NCBI GenBank assembly: GCA_002435545.1 | Contig: DJNB01000257.1 | Location: 1-37,138 of the forward strand | DNA length: 37,138 nucleotides | From: Lachnoclostridium sp. UBA6475 | GTDB lineage: Bacteria; Bacillota; Clostridia; Lachnospirales; Lachnospiraceae | Direction of reading: 5' to 3' | Shown: one piece after another, positions 27,863-36,776 of the stretch | Layout: the number at the start of each line of letters is the position of its first letter | How positions within the stretch are numbered: the first letter of the stretch is position 1 | Position numbers and translations under genes: made by a program | The notes under the pieces: generated by a model | Database searches by the model: none | Told to the model about the DNA's origin: nothing | What the model saw: only the letters and a program-made list of their open reading frames with translations

Positions 27863-28713
27863 TGAAGCATGATGAAAATAAAGTATTGTTTCATGGAAAA
27901 ACGGAAGATGTTACGTATGGCCAACTTGTTTCTGCAATGAAAAAAACAGGTGCTGAGGATTGTGATGTTTTGTTTGTACATTCAGAGATCTCTTTTGGTG
28001 CTTTAGAAAAAGGAGTACGTAGAAATGAAATCAAAGAGATACTCGTAGATGCTATCAAAGAATTACATGTGAAGACATTAATTTTTCCAACATTTACATT
28101 TAGTTTTTGTAATCAGGAAGTATATGATAAAGACAATTCCAAGACAGCAATGGGAATGCTTCCAGAATATGTAAGAAAGCGCCAAGATGCAGTTCGATCC
28201 GATGATCCGATATTGTCTGTCGCAATATTAGGAGAGCAAGAGGGATTTGATAAAATGCTGGGAAGTTCTTCTTGTGGTGAAGGAGGTATTTTTCACATAC
28301 TGAATCAAACAGATAAAAGAGTTAAATTTATGTTTTTTGGTACATCGCCATTGATGTGCTTTACATACTTGCACTACGTAGAAGAACGAGTTGGTGTTCC
28401 GTATAGATATCTTCGGAAATTTTCTGGTCAAGTGATCGAGAATGGAGTAAAAAAGGATAAAGAAATAGAGTTGTATGTAAGATATAAGGGAGTTACGGCC
28501 ACGTTGCCGACCAATTTTAAACAAGAATTATTAGATAAAGACATCGTAAAGAGTATGGATGTTGGAGATAGTGAGATTTCCGTTGTTGATGAAAAGATGA
28601 GTTATGATTATCTGTATAAGATGCTTAAGGACAATCCATATATCTGTGCAATTATGCCAGAAGATGGCGTATTGAAAAAAGAGTATTCATATGGAAATGT
28701 TACAACAATGTAA
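27859..28713 (+). CDS. AAC(3)/antibiotic_NAT-family N-acyltransferase
   Basis: LFVHS, LIFPTFTFSF, MGMLPE, RSDDPILSVA, TYLHYVEE..VPYRY. Start is GTG 27859 or ATG 27862. Confidence 0.85.
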   Translation: MMKHDENKVLFHGKTEDVTYGQLVSAMKKTGAEDCDVLFVHSEISFGALEKGVRRNEIKEILVDAIKELHVKTLIFPTFTFSFCNQEVYDKDNSKTAMGMLPEYVRKRQDAVRSDDPILSVAILGEQEGFDKMLGSSSCGEGGIFHILNQTDKRVKFMFFGTSPLMCFTYLHYVEERVGVPYRYLRKFSGQVIENGVKKDKEIELYVRYKGVTATLPTNFKQELLDKDIVKSMDVGDSEISVVDEKMSYDYLYKMLKDNPYICAIMPEDGVLKKEYSYGNVTTM

Positions 28714-28734
28714 AATGTTGGTGGAGGATAAAAA

Positions 28735-29745
28735 ATGTATGGAAAGTATGATAATATCTGTATTAGGGGCATAGCTGCAGTTGCTCCAGAAGACGTTATT
28801 GAAAACATGGAATTTGCTGAAAAAATAGGCGGACGAAGAGCAAAAAAGCAGGTAAAGTTGACAGGAATATCAAAACGACATGTGGTTGTAGAAGGACAAA
28901 GTGCTTCGGATATGTGCTGCCAGGCAGCTGAAAAATTATTTGATAAATTAGGCTGGGAAAGAGACAGCATTCGTGTATTGGTATTTGTTACACAGTCAGA
29001 AGATGTGAAAACACCATCGACAGCTATGATTGCACAGAAAAGATTGGGAATTGGAGAGGATTGCCTGGCGTTTGATGTCAATCTTGGATGTTCTGGATTT
29101 GTAAGTGGTCTGCAAATTGTATCTGCATTATTGAATAATACAGGAGGAAAAGCGCTCCTATTGTGTGGTGATGGAAAATATTATAATGCACGCGAATGTA
29201 CGTCCACGGATGCAATGTTGTTTGGAGATGCAGGGACGGCTACAGCAATCGAACTAAAAGAAGATTGCCCACTCTTATATGCTCAAAAAACAGATGGAAC
29301 CCGTCATAAAATGTTAACTACAGCGTTAGATGGTACAATGACAATGGATGGAAATGGTATTTTATTATTTTCTTTGAATGAAGTGGTAGATAGTATTAAA
29401 GAAATGAAAGATCATTTCAAACTGGAAGAGGGACAGATTGATTATTATGTATTTCATCAGGCACAAAAGCTAATAATTGATAGTATGACTTCAGAGTGCG
29501 AAATTGATCCGAGAAAAGTTCTCATTTCTTATGAAGAGTATGGTAATACATCTACAGCAAGTATTCCATTGACAATATGTCATAATGCAAAGACATTAAA
29601 GGAGAATAAGAAAGTCAGATTATATTTATGTGGTTTTGGAATTGGACTTGCTTGGAGTAATGTTGTTATAGAACTCGAAAAGGAAGCAATAATGCCAGTA
29701 GAATTATCAAGCTTTTGCTATAATGATTTAGTAATGGAGGAATAG
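28735..29745 (+). CDS. Ketoacyl-ACP synthase III-like protein 2
   Basis: DVNLGCSG, LFGDAG, VFHQAQ, YGNTSTASIP, GFGIGLAW. Confidence 0.92.
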   Translation: MYGKYDNICIRGIAAVAPEDVIENMEFAEKIGGRRAKKQVKLTGISKRHVVVEGQSASDMCCQAAEKLFDKLGWERDSIRVLVFVTQSEDVKTPSTAMIAQKRLGIGEDCLAFDVNLGCSGFVSGLQIVSALLNNTGGKALLLCGDGKYYNARECTSTDAMLFGDAGTATAIELKEDCPLLYAQKTDGTRHKMLTTALDGTMTMDGNGILLFSLNEVVDSIKEMKDHFKLEEGQIDYYVFHQAQKLIIDSMTSECEIDPRKVLISYEEYGNTSTASIPLTICHNAKTLKENKKVRLYLCGFGIGLAWSNVVIELEKEAIMPVELSSFCYNDLVMEE

Positions 29746-29754
29746 AAAAACGTT

Positions 29755-30567
29755 ATGTATTTGGATGAAATTAATGAAAAAATAAAGGAAATCCGGAGTA
29801 AAAGCAGGAATTATATTTCTAATATAATTTATGGAAAACTAGAAAAGGAAAAGAATTATCCTGTGATTTGCCATGAGAATGCAATTGCTATTATAGATGA
29901 AGAAAGATATAGGATAAATGTTTTGTTTATGGCATTGGATGAAGAAAATCTGAAAGAGTTATTACAAGAAATCCCACAAGATAGTTATGTGGAATTCTTT
30001 CATAAAGAAGAGAACAATGAAAAAGAAAAAACATTTATGGACTGTGGACTTTCTGAGTATGCCAAATACATTCGTGTGACAATAACATATTTGCAAAATC
30101 CTTATTCAATCAAGGAAGAGGGGCGACGTGCGATCCTTCAACAAATGTATAATCCTGATCGAGGAGAATATCCCAAAATAGAGGATGCGGAAGAAATATA
30201 TGATATGTGTATGAAAGTTTTTGATCCTACAATAGACGATGTTTTTTCGGTGGATGAATGGCGAGATATAATTGCAAATAAAGAGTGTATTGTTGCGAAG
30301 GAAGAGGGAAAAATCATTGCATTTTATAAATGGAGAATAGAAGGAAAGAAATTGTATGGAAATGTGTCTGTGAATATCGGGGCAGCAAATCTTTTGTATG
30401 ATCTTGAACGTAGTGTATGCGAAAAATATTGGAATGAAGGTATAAGAACAATATATGCATGGATTAATTGCAAGAATAAGAAAGCACTGAACCGTGGTAT
30501 ACAGGGTATAGAAAAAATAATAAAGGCAAAAAGCGTCCTTTATCAAACTATATACAAAAAGAATTAA
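29755..30567 (+). CDS. Hypothetical protein, GNAT-like C-terminal half
   Basis: IEDAEEIYDM..CIVAKEEGKIIAF..IYAWINCKNKKAL pattern resembles a GNAT fold. Confidence 0.5.
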   Translation: MYLDEINEKIKEIRSKSRNYISNIIYGKLEKEKNYPVICHENAIAIIDEERYRINVLFMALDEENLKELLQEIPQDSYVEFFHKEENNEKEKTFMDCGLSEYAKYIRVTITYLQNPYSIKEEGRRAILQQMYNPDRGEYPKIEDAEEIYDMCMKVFDPTIDDVFSVDEWRDIIANKECIVAKEEGKIIAFYKWRIEGKKLYGNVSVNIGAANLLYDLERSVCEKYWNEGIRTIYAWINCKNKKALNRGIQGIEKIIKAKSVLYQTIYKKN

Positions 30568-30584
30568 AGGAGAGGAATAACAAC

Positions 30585-30818
30585 ATGGAAGAAAAAATTT
30601 ATGCGATTTTGGCAGATATCAGACCGGAATTTGATTTTAAAGACAGTGATAATTTTGTAGAAGATGGATTATTGGATTCTTTTGATGTAGTTACACTGGT
30701 TTCTGAAATCGAAGATCAATTTGATGTAATTGTGGATGGCATGGATGTAATGCCGGAGAATTTTGAAACAGTGACGGCAATATGTGAATTGATTGAAAGA
30801 AGTGGTAAAAAAGCATGA
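30585..30818 (+). CDS. Acyl/aminoacyl carrier protein 3 (DltC-like)
   Basis: FVEDGLLDSFDVV..PENFETV motif. Confidence 0.9.
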   Translation: MEEKIYAILADIRPEFDFKDSDNFVEDGLLDSFDVVTLVSEIEDQFDVIVDGMDVMPENFETVTAICELIERSGKKA

Positions 30819-31879
30819 AAACTACATTTACCGGAAAAAAAATCACAGGTGTTTTGACTGTATTGCCAGAAAAAGAATATATCTATGAGGACGAAATAAC
30901 CAAAGAACCTGAAGAAAATCGTAGATTGAAACGTTTGAAACGAATCATGGGGTATGGAAAAAGAAGAAGAGCCAAAGAAACGACAACCGTTTCAGATATG
31001 TTTATTTATGGTGCGAAAAAATTATTAGCAGAAGGAAAAATTAGCAAAGAGGAAATAGGAGCTATTGTAGTGGTTACTATGTCACCAGATTATTTCTGCC
31101 CGACAGTTAGCGCTATTATTCAGGGAGAATTAGGACTTGATTTTGATGTACAATGTTTGGATATATCGCAGGCATGTGCAGGTTATATTGTTGGACTGGT
31201 TCAAAGTTTTATGCTTTTGGAGCATATGGAAGGAAAAAAAGTTCTTTTATTTACGGGAGATACTTTTTGCCGCGTTAGCAGTGAAAAAGAGGAACCACCA
31301 TCTTACAGCGCGCCTTTTGGTGGAGATGCAGCCAATATAACAATTGTGGAAAATACTGGAAATGAGAAGATATATTATGAATTTCATCAGGATGGATCAC
31401 AGAGAAACTGTCTAGTGATTCCTGACGGAGCATTTCGTAATCCTATGACGGTAGAACAAATTCAAAATCAAGTAACAAGAATGCCAATAACTAGTGTTGT
31501 TATGGATGGTTCAACGGTGTTTAATTTTGCACAGAAAGAAGTACCGGTTTTGATAAATAGTTTAACGGATATGGCAGAAATTTCGAAAGAAGATATAGAT
31601 TGGTTTTTATTCCATCAACCCAATAAATTTATGCTTCAAAAACTGGCAGAACGTATTGGAGTTCCATATGAAAAGATGCCGATGGATATTGTAGGAAAAT
31701 TTGGAAATTCAAATTCTGCTACGATTCCGACAGCGATCACAGCAGACTTAAAAGAAGAAATGCTTAATAAAGAATCGTTGTGCTGCATGGCAGGATTTGG
31801 AGCAGGTGTTGCCTGGGCAGGGATTATTATGAAAATGGGAAACATGGATTTTTGCGATACGATTATTTCGAACTTGTAA
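30815..31879 (+). CDS. Ketoacyl-ACP synthase III-like protein 3
   Basis: DISQACAG, LFHQPN, FGNSNSATIP, AGFGAGVAW; ATGA overlap with ACP3. Confidence 0.92.
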   Translation: MKTTFTGKKITGVLTVLPEKEYIYEDEITKEPEENRRLKRLKRIMGYGKRRRAKETTTVSDMFIYGAKKLLAEGKISKEEIGAIVVVTMSPDYFCPTVSAIIQGELGLDFDVQCLDISQACAGYIVGLVQSFMLLEHMEGKKVLLFTGDTFCRVSSEKEEPPSYSAPFGGDAANITIVENTGNEKIYYEFHQDGSQRNCLVIPDGAFRNPMTVEQIQNQVTRMPITSVVMDGSTVFNFAQKEVPVLINSLTDMAEISKEDIDWFLFHQPNKFMLQKLAERIGVPYEKMPMDIVGKFGNSNSATIPTAITADLKEEMLNKESLCCMAGFGAGVAWAGIIMKMGNMDFCDTIISNL

Positions 31880-31915
31880 AAATCATGATAAGATGAAAAC
31901 GTTGGAGGTGTAGAG

Positions 31916-33442
31916 ATGAAAAATTCAGTACTTTGTTATCTGGAAGAAACGGCAGAGAGACTGCCGGATAAAGTGGCTTTTTTTGATGCAGAGGGAGAAA
32001 TAACCTTTGAGCAGCTTCGAAAAAATGCTGTGGATATAGCCTTTGCCATTCAGGAAAAGGTAGAGGGAAGAAGAAATCCTATTTTAACGTATATACCCAA
32101 GTCGGTAAAAAATATTACTGCTTTCATGGGGATTTTGTACAGTGGGAATTTTTACACACCGACAGAAGTACGTTTTCCTGAAGAAAAGGTGAGAAGTGTT
32201 GTAGAGACACTGCATCCGGCGGCTATTGTTGTTGATACAAAATCCAAAGAAAAGCTGTGTGGGTATGAATGGACGAAAGACATATGTCTGATCAATGTGG
32301 ATGAAGTTGCGAAAAGCGGCCGTTACGAGGAAAGCCGTGAATTGGTAGATAAGATTCTTGACGTTGATCCGGTATATACATTTTTTACATCAGGATCTAC
32401 CGGCACACCAAAAGGCGTCATCATCAATAATCATAATGTAATTGATTATACAGACTGGGCTGTGAAAACATTTCCGATTAACGAAAATACAATTATGGGA
32501 AATCAGTCCCCGTTTTATTTTGATATTTCTACACAGGATATTTATACGACATTAAAGACCGGGGCAACACTGGGAATCATTCCGCCGATGTATTTTGCAT
32601 TTCCGGCGAAAGCGCTTCAGTTTATCAATGAAAGAAAGATCAATTTCCTGTATTGGGTTCCGTCGGCGTTTGTATCGATTGCAAATTATGATCTGTTAAA
32701 ATCAATTCCGCTCAATAATGTGGAACTGATCATGTTTGGTGGAGAAGTAATGCCGGTAAAACAATTGAATTATTGGAAAAAGTATCTTCCAAATCTGAAA
32801 ACCATTGCAAACGTGTATGGACCGACCGAGGCAACCGTAAACTGCACGTATTATATTGTTGACCGGGAATTTTCAGATTCAGAGGTGCTGCCGTTGGGAA
32901 AAGCCTGTGAAAATACAGGGTTACTGGTTTTGGATGAGGATAATAATATCATCGATTCATCCAAGGTAAATGAACTTGGTGAATTATGTGTATACGGAAG
33001 TTCGTTGTCTGCCGGATATTGGGATGATGAAGAAAAAACAAAAGAAAAATATGTCGACAATCCAACCAATCCGTATTATAAGGAAAAAATGTATCTGACG
33101 GGTGATCTTGTGTATTATAACGAGCGTGGTGAACTGGTGTTTGCCGGACGTAAAGACTTTCAGATCAAGCATTCCGGATACCGTATTGAATTAGGAGAAA
33201 TCGAGTCGGCAGCGATGGGTGAACAGAGAGTTTCCGTCGTATGTGCGTCGTACGATAAAAAAGAAAAACAAATTGTGTTATTTTATCAGGGAGATATTGA
33301 GGAGGAAGCATTAAAAGAATATTTGCTGACAATTATTCCGAAATACATGGTTCCGACCGTATATATTCCACTTAAAAAATTCCCATATAATGACAATGGA
33401 AAAATAGACCGCAAAAAGCTGGAAAATGATTACTTGAGTTAG
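31916..33442 (+). CDS. Stand-alone amino-acid adenylation domain protein (DltA/NRPS A-like)
   Basis: FTSGSTGTPKG, FYFDIS, NVYGPTE, YLTGDL, GRKDFQIKHSGYRIELGEIE, NGKIDR. Confidence 0.95.
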   Translation: MKNSVLCYLEETAERLPDKVAFFDAEGEITFEQLRKNAVDIAFAIQEKVEGRRNPILTYIPKSVKNITAFMGILYSGNFYTPTEVRFPEEKVRSVVETLHPAAIVVDTKSKEKLCGYEWTKDICLINVDEVAKSGRYEESRELVDKILDVDPVYTFFTSGSTGTPKGVIINNHNVIDYTDWAVKTFPINENTIMGNQSPFYFDISTQDIYTTLKTGATLGIIPPMYFAFPAKALQFINERKINFLYWVPSAFVSIANYDLLKSIPLNNVELIMFGGEVMPVKQLNYWKKYLPNLKTIANVYGPTEATVNCTYYIVDREFSDSEVLPLGKACENTGLLVLDEDNNIIDSSKVNELGELCVYGSSLSAGYWDDEEKTKEKYVDNPTNPYYKEKMYLTGDLVYYNERGELVFAGRKDFQIKHSGYRIELGEIESAAMGEQRVSVVCASYDKKEKQIVLFYQGDIEEEALKEYLLTIIPKYMVPTVYIPLKKFPYNDNGKIDRKKLENDYLS

Positions 33443-33457
33443 AGGAAATATACTAAA

Positions 33458-34222
33458 ATGAAGAATATGATAATGCAAAAAATAGCGAATATTAATAAAA
33501 TTCAGGTGCAGGAGTATATTACTAATTATTATGGAATATCAACAGAATGCGATGAAATTAATGTTCTTGTGGATCAAAAAAATGCTTTTGTATTTTCAAC
33601 TGTAATAAATGGTCTTGAGCAGTTATTTTTTGCTGGCGAAAAGCAACTTATTATAGAATTGTTAATGGAGATAAACGGATCTTATGTAATAGAAGTAGTA
33701 ACAAGAAAAATGGATGATATTTTGTGGCTGGAAAAAATAGGATATAGAAAGTTTATAACTCTCCAGAGGGGATATCAAAAGTCATTTTGCAATCAAGAGA
33801 TTCCACCTCACGATTTATTTATTTCTGTGGCAGAGATAATACATGCAAAGCAGATTATGCATCTGATTCATGAAAAATTTGATTACATCAATTCTAAATA
33901 TATGAATAGTAATCAGTTGGAAAAGTGTATTAGAGAAAAAACGGTTTGGATAGCTACGAATGATAATGAGAATGTGGAAGGTTTTTTAGTGGCAACTAAA
34001 ATTAAGGCTACATTATGTATCGAATTTGTTTATAATGGCTGCAGTGGATTCAAAGCAGGTTATTTTTTGAAGATAGTAGAAACATATGCCTTATCAAATG
34101 AGCTGAAATTAGTGTATGTATGGGCAAATATAGAAGATGAACGTGCTAAAACTATGTACAACAGAAATGGATATAAGTGGGAGCAACGTTATAAAAGTTT
34201 TTTTATAAAAGGAATGGAATAA
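33458..34222 (+). CDS. Hypothetical protein, GNAT-like
   Basis: VWIATNDNENVEGFLV..VYVWANIEDERAKTMYNRNGYK matches a GNAT C-terminal pattern; similar layout to 29755-30567. Confidence 0.55.
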   Translation: MKNMIMQKIANINKIQVQEYITNYYGISTECDEINVLVDQKNAFVFSTVINGLEQLFFAGEKQLIIELLMEINGSYVIEVVTRKMDDILWLEKIGYRKFITLQRGYQKSFCNQEIPPHDLFISVAEIIHAKQIMHLIHEKFDYINSKYMNSNQLEKCIREKTVWIATNDNENVEGFLVATKIKATLCIEFVYNGCSGFKAGYFLKIVETYALSNELKLVYVWANIEDERAKTMYNRNGYKWEQRYKSFFIKGME

Positions 34223-34223
34223 T

Positions 34224-34895
34224 ATGAAAGACATACAAACTTATTGTTTTTATCCTATTGATGCCAGAATGTATGTTTTGATCGAGAATAATAATGCATT
34301 GATTATTGATCCCAATGTACAGGAACAATTAAAAAATAAATTGAAAGAAAACGATATAGAAAAAGTCACGGTATTATTAACCCATGAGCATTATGACCAT
34401 ATATCCGGCGTAAACTGGCTGCGGGAAAATTTCCCTGAAACCAAGGTAGTATGCTCGGCAGCCTGTTCGAAAGGTATCATGAGTCCGCATAAAAATTTAT
34501 CTGCTTATTATGAGGTTTTATTTATGGGGAAGGATCCGGAAGTGCAGGAATATGTAAAAAACATGGAAGTTCCGCCGTATTCCTGTGAGGCAGATGTAAT
34601 ATTTAATGGCAAAAAGGAATGGAGCTGGGAAGGACATCCGGTTTCTATGGTGGAGACCCCCGGTCATTCAAAGGGCAGCTGCTGTATTCTTTTTGATAAG
34701 GAGTGTATGTTTTCCGGAGATACTTTAGTAACCGGGCACGAAACCATACTCCGTCTGCCGGGAGGCAGTAAAAAGGATTTTGCAGAGATAACGATGCCAT
34801 TTCTTGATTCTCTGGATGGTGAATGGATGGTTTATCCTGGACATGGGGAACCACAAAAGTTGTACAAGTATTTTGAAGAGTCAGCGAATAAATAA
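34224..34895 (+). CDS. MBL-fold metallo-hydrolase (glyoxalase II-like)
   Basis: THEHYDH, ETPGHS, FSGDTL, YPGHG. Confidence 0.92.
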   Translation: MKDIQTYCFYPIDARMYVLIENNNALIIDPNVQEQLKNKLKENDIEKVTVLLTHEHYDHISGVNWLRENFPETKVVCSAACSKGIMSPHKNLSAYYEVLFMGKDPEVQEYVKNMEVPPYSCEADVIFNGKKEWSWEGHPVSMVETPGHSKGSCCILFDKECMFSGDTLVTGHETILRLPGGSKKDFAEITMPFLDSLDGEWMVYPGHGEPQKLYKYFEESANK

Positions 34896-34916
34896 GGTAA
34901 ACGCAGGAGAATGGTT

Positions 34917-35612
34917 ATGGAAAATGCGATTATTATGGCTGCGGGAATGGGCACAAGAATGCGGCCTGTCACACAAACGATACCCAAACCGCTTGTTAAT
35001 GTTCACGGTATTCCCATGGTGGAAACTGTGATAAAGGGGCTTGAGAGACGACACATTAATGAGATTTATCTGGTTACCGGTTATCTTGGTGATCAGTTTT
35101 CTTATTTGACAAAAATATACAATAATATACATATTATCGAGAATGCCGACTATGAAAATATAAATAATATTTCCTCTATTTATGCGGTAAAAGAGGTACT
35201 TGATAATGGCGCAGATTATTTTATCTGTGAAGCGGACTTATATGTGGACGATGTAAAAATTTTTGATAAAGAGCTGGAACATTCCTGTTATTTCGGAAAA
35301 ATGGTACCCGGTTTTTCAGAGGACTGGGTTTTTGAACAAAATTCTGAGGGCAGGATTATCCGGGTAGGAAAAGGTGGTACGGACTGCTATAACATGGTTG
35401 GTGTTTCTTATTTCAATTCCATGGATGCGAAAATTTTAAAACAAGAGATTGAAAAAGCATATGGAATACCGGGATTTGAAACATTATTTTGGGATGATGT
35501 AGTCAACCGGAATCTGGATAAACTGGATCTGATCGTTGAACCGGTAGGGGAAGGGCAGATTATAGAAATTGATACCGTAGAAGAACTTGAGAGGATAAAT
35601 AAAAGCAGGTAA
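34917..35612 (+). CDS. LicC/PntC-like phosphocholine/phosphonate cytidylyltransferase
   Basis: AIIMAAGMGTRMRPVTQTIPKPL, NNISS, CEADL, EIDTVEEL; adjacent to phosphonopyruvate decarboxylase. Confidence 0.85.
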   Translation: MENAIIMAAGMGTRMRPVTQTIPKPLVNVHGIPMVETVIKGLERRHINEIYLVTGYLGDQFSYLTKIYNNIHIIENADYENINNISSIYAVKEVLDNGADYFICEADLYVDDVKIFDKELEHSCYFGKMVPGFSEDWVFEQNSEGRIIRVGKGGTDCYNMVGVSYFNSMDAKILKQEIEKAYGIPGFETLFWDDVVNRNLDKLDLIVEPVGEGQIIEIDTVEELERINKSR

Positions 35613-35624
35613 AAGGAGAAAGAG

Positions 35625-36746
35625 ATGCAGGTAGAAACTTTTGTGAATATGCTGAATGTTGATTTTTATACAGGAGTACCCGATTCCTTGTTAAAACCGT
35701 TATGTAATTATTTGATGGATACGTATGGAATCGATTCCAAACATCATATGATTGCAGCGAATGAAGGGAATTGTGCGGCACTTGCAGCAGGATATCATTT
35801 GGCAACGGGAAAAGTGCCTGCCGTATATATGCAAAATAGCGGAGAAGGCAATATTATTAATCCATTGGCTTCTCTTTTGAATGATAAAGTATATGCGATC
35901 CCGATGATATTTATTGTCGGATGGCGTGGGGAACCGGGAGTGCATGATGAACCACAGCACATTTATCAGGGAGAGGTTACGATCAAACTTTTGGAGGACA
36001 TGGACGTTGCCACTTACGTGATTACCAAAGAGACGACGGAAGAGGAACTGGCAGAGCAGATGCAGGTATTCCGTCAGATGTCAGCCAAAGGGAAAGATGT
36101 TGCTTTTGTTGTGAAAAAAGGGGCGTTCTCTTTTGAAAAGAAAGTCAGCTATACCAATCATAATCATATGCATCGGGAAGAGATTATAGAACATATTGTA
36201 AATGTATCCGGAGAAGATCCTATTTTGTCTACGACGGGAAAGGCGAGCCGCGAATTGTTTGAAATCCGGGAAAGAAATGGACAGAGCCATAAGTACGATT
36301 TCCTTACGGTGGGATCTATGGGGCATACTTCATCCATTGCGCTTGGCGTGGCACTGCAAAAACCGGACAAGAAGATATGGTGCATCGATGGCGATGGTGC
36401 AATGCTTATGCATATGGGAGCAATGGCAGTAATTGGTGCCAACCGTCCATCCAATCTGATACATGTTGTGATTAACAACGGTGCGCATGAGACAGTCGGA
36501 GGTCTGCCTACTGTGGCATCCGAACTTGATCTGGTAAAAATGGCAGAAGCCTGCGGATATCCGTATGCCGTCCGTGTGAAAGACTTTGCGCAGCTGGATA
36601 AGGAATTGCAGGCAGCAAAACAGAAAAATGCCTTAACATTGATAGAAGCAGAGTGTGCCATCGGTGCACGCGAAGATCTTGGACGCCCGACCACCGCAGC
36701 GTTGGAAAACAAAGAGAATTTCATGAAATATCTTCAGGAAAACTGA
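35625..36746 (+). CDS. aepY: Phosphonopyruvate decarboxylase
   Basis: FYTGVPDSLLK, AANEGN, YMQNSG, GWRGEPGVHDEPQH, FLTVGSMGH, and ThDP motif DGDGA..NN. Confidence 0.96.
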   Translation: MQVETFVNMLNVDFYTGVPDSLLKPLCNYLMDTYGIDSKHHMIAANEGNCAALAAGYHLATGKVPAVYMQNSGEGNIINPLASLLNDKVYAIPMIFIVGWRGEPGVHDEPQHIYQGEVTIKLLEDMDVATYVITKETTEEELAEQMQVFRQMSAKGKDVAFVVKKGAFSFEKKVSYTNHNHMHREEIIEHIVNVSGEDPILSTTGKASRELFEIRERNGQSHKYDFLTVGSMGHTSSIALGVALQKPDKKIWCIDGDGAMLMHMGAMAVIGANRPSNLIHVVINNGAHETVGGLPTVASELDLVKMAEACGYPYAVRVKDFAQLDKELQAAKQKNALTLIEAECAIGAREDLGRPTTAALENKENFMKYLQEN

Positions 36747-36776
36747 GTTACATTTTTTTGTTATATCAAAACTTAC

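Noticed and set aside
27859..28713. Aminoglycoside resistance gene aac(3)
   Set aside because: It is translationally coupled inside a biosynthetic operon with no mobile context; fold membership alone does not imply resistance.
30585..33442. dlt operon for teichoic acid D-alanylation
   Set aside because: No DltB (MBOAT) or DltD; the carrier is coupled to a KAS III instead.
34224..34895. Metallo-beta-lactamase resistance gene
   Set aside because: No signal peptide; glyoxalase II-like motifs and context favour a thioesterase/editing role.
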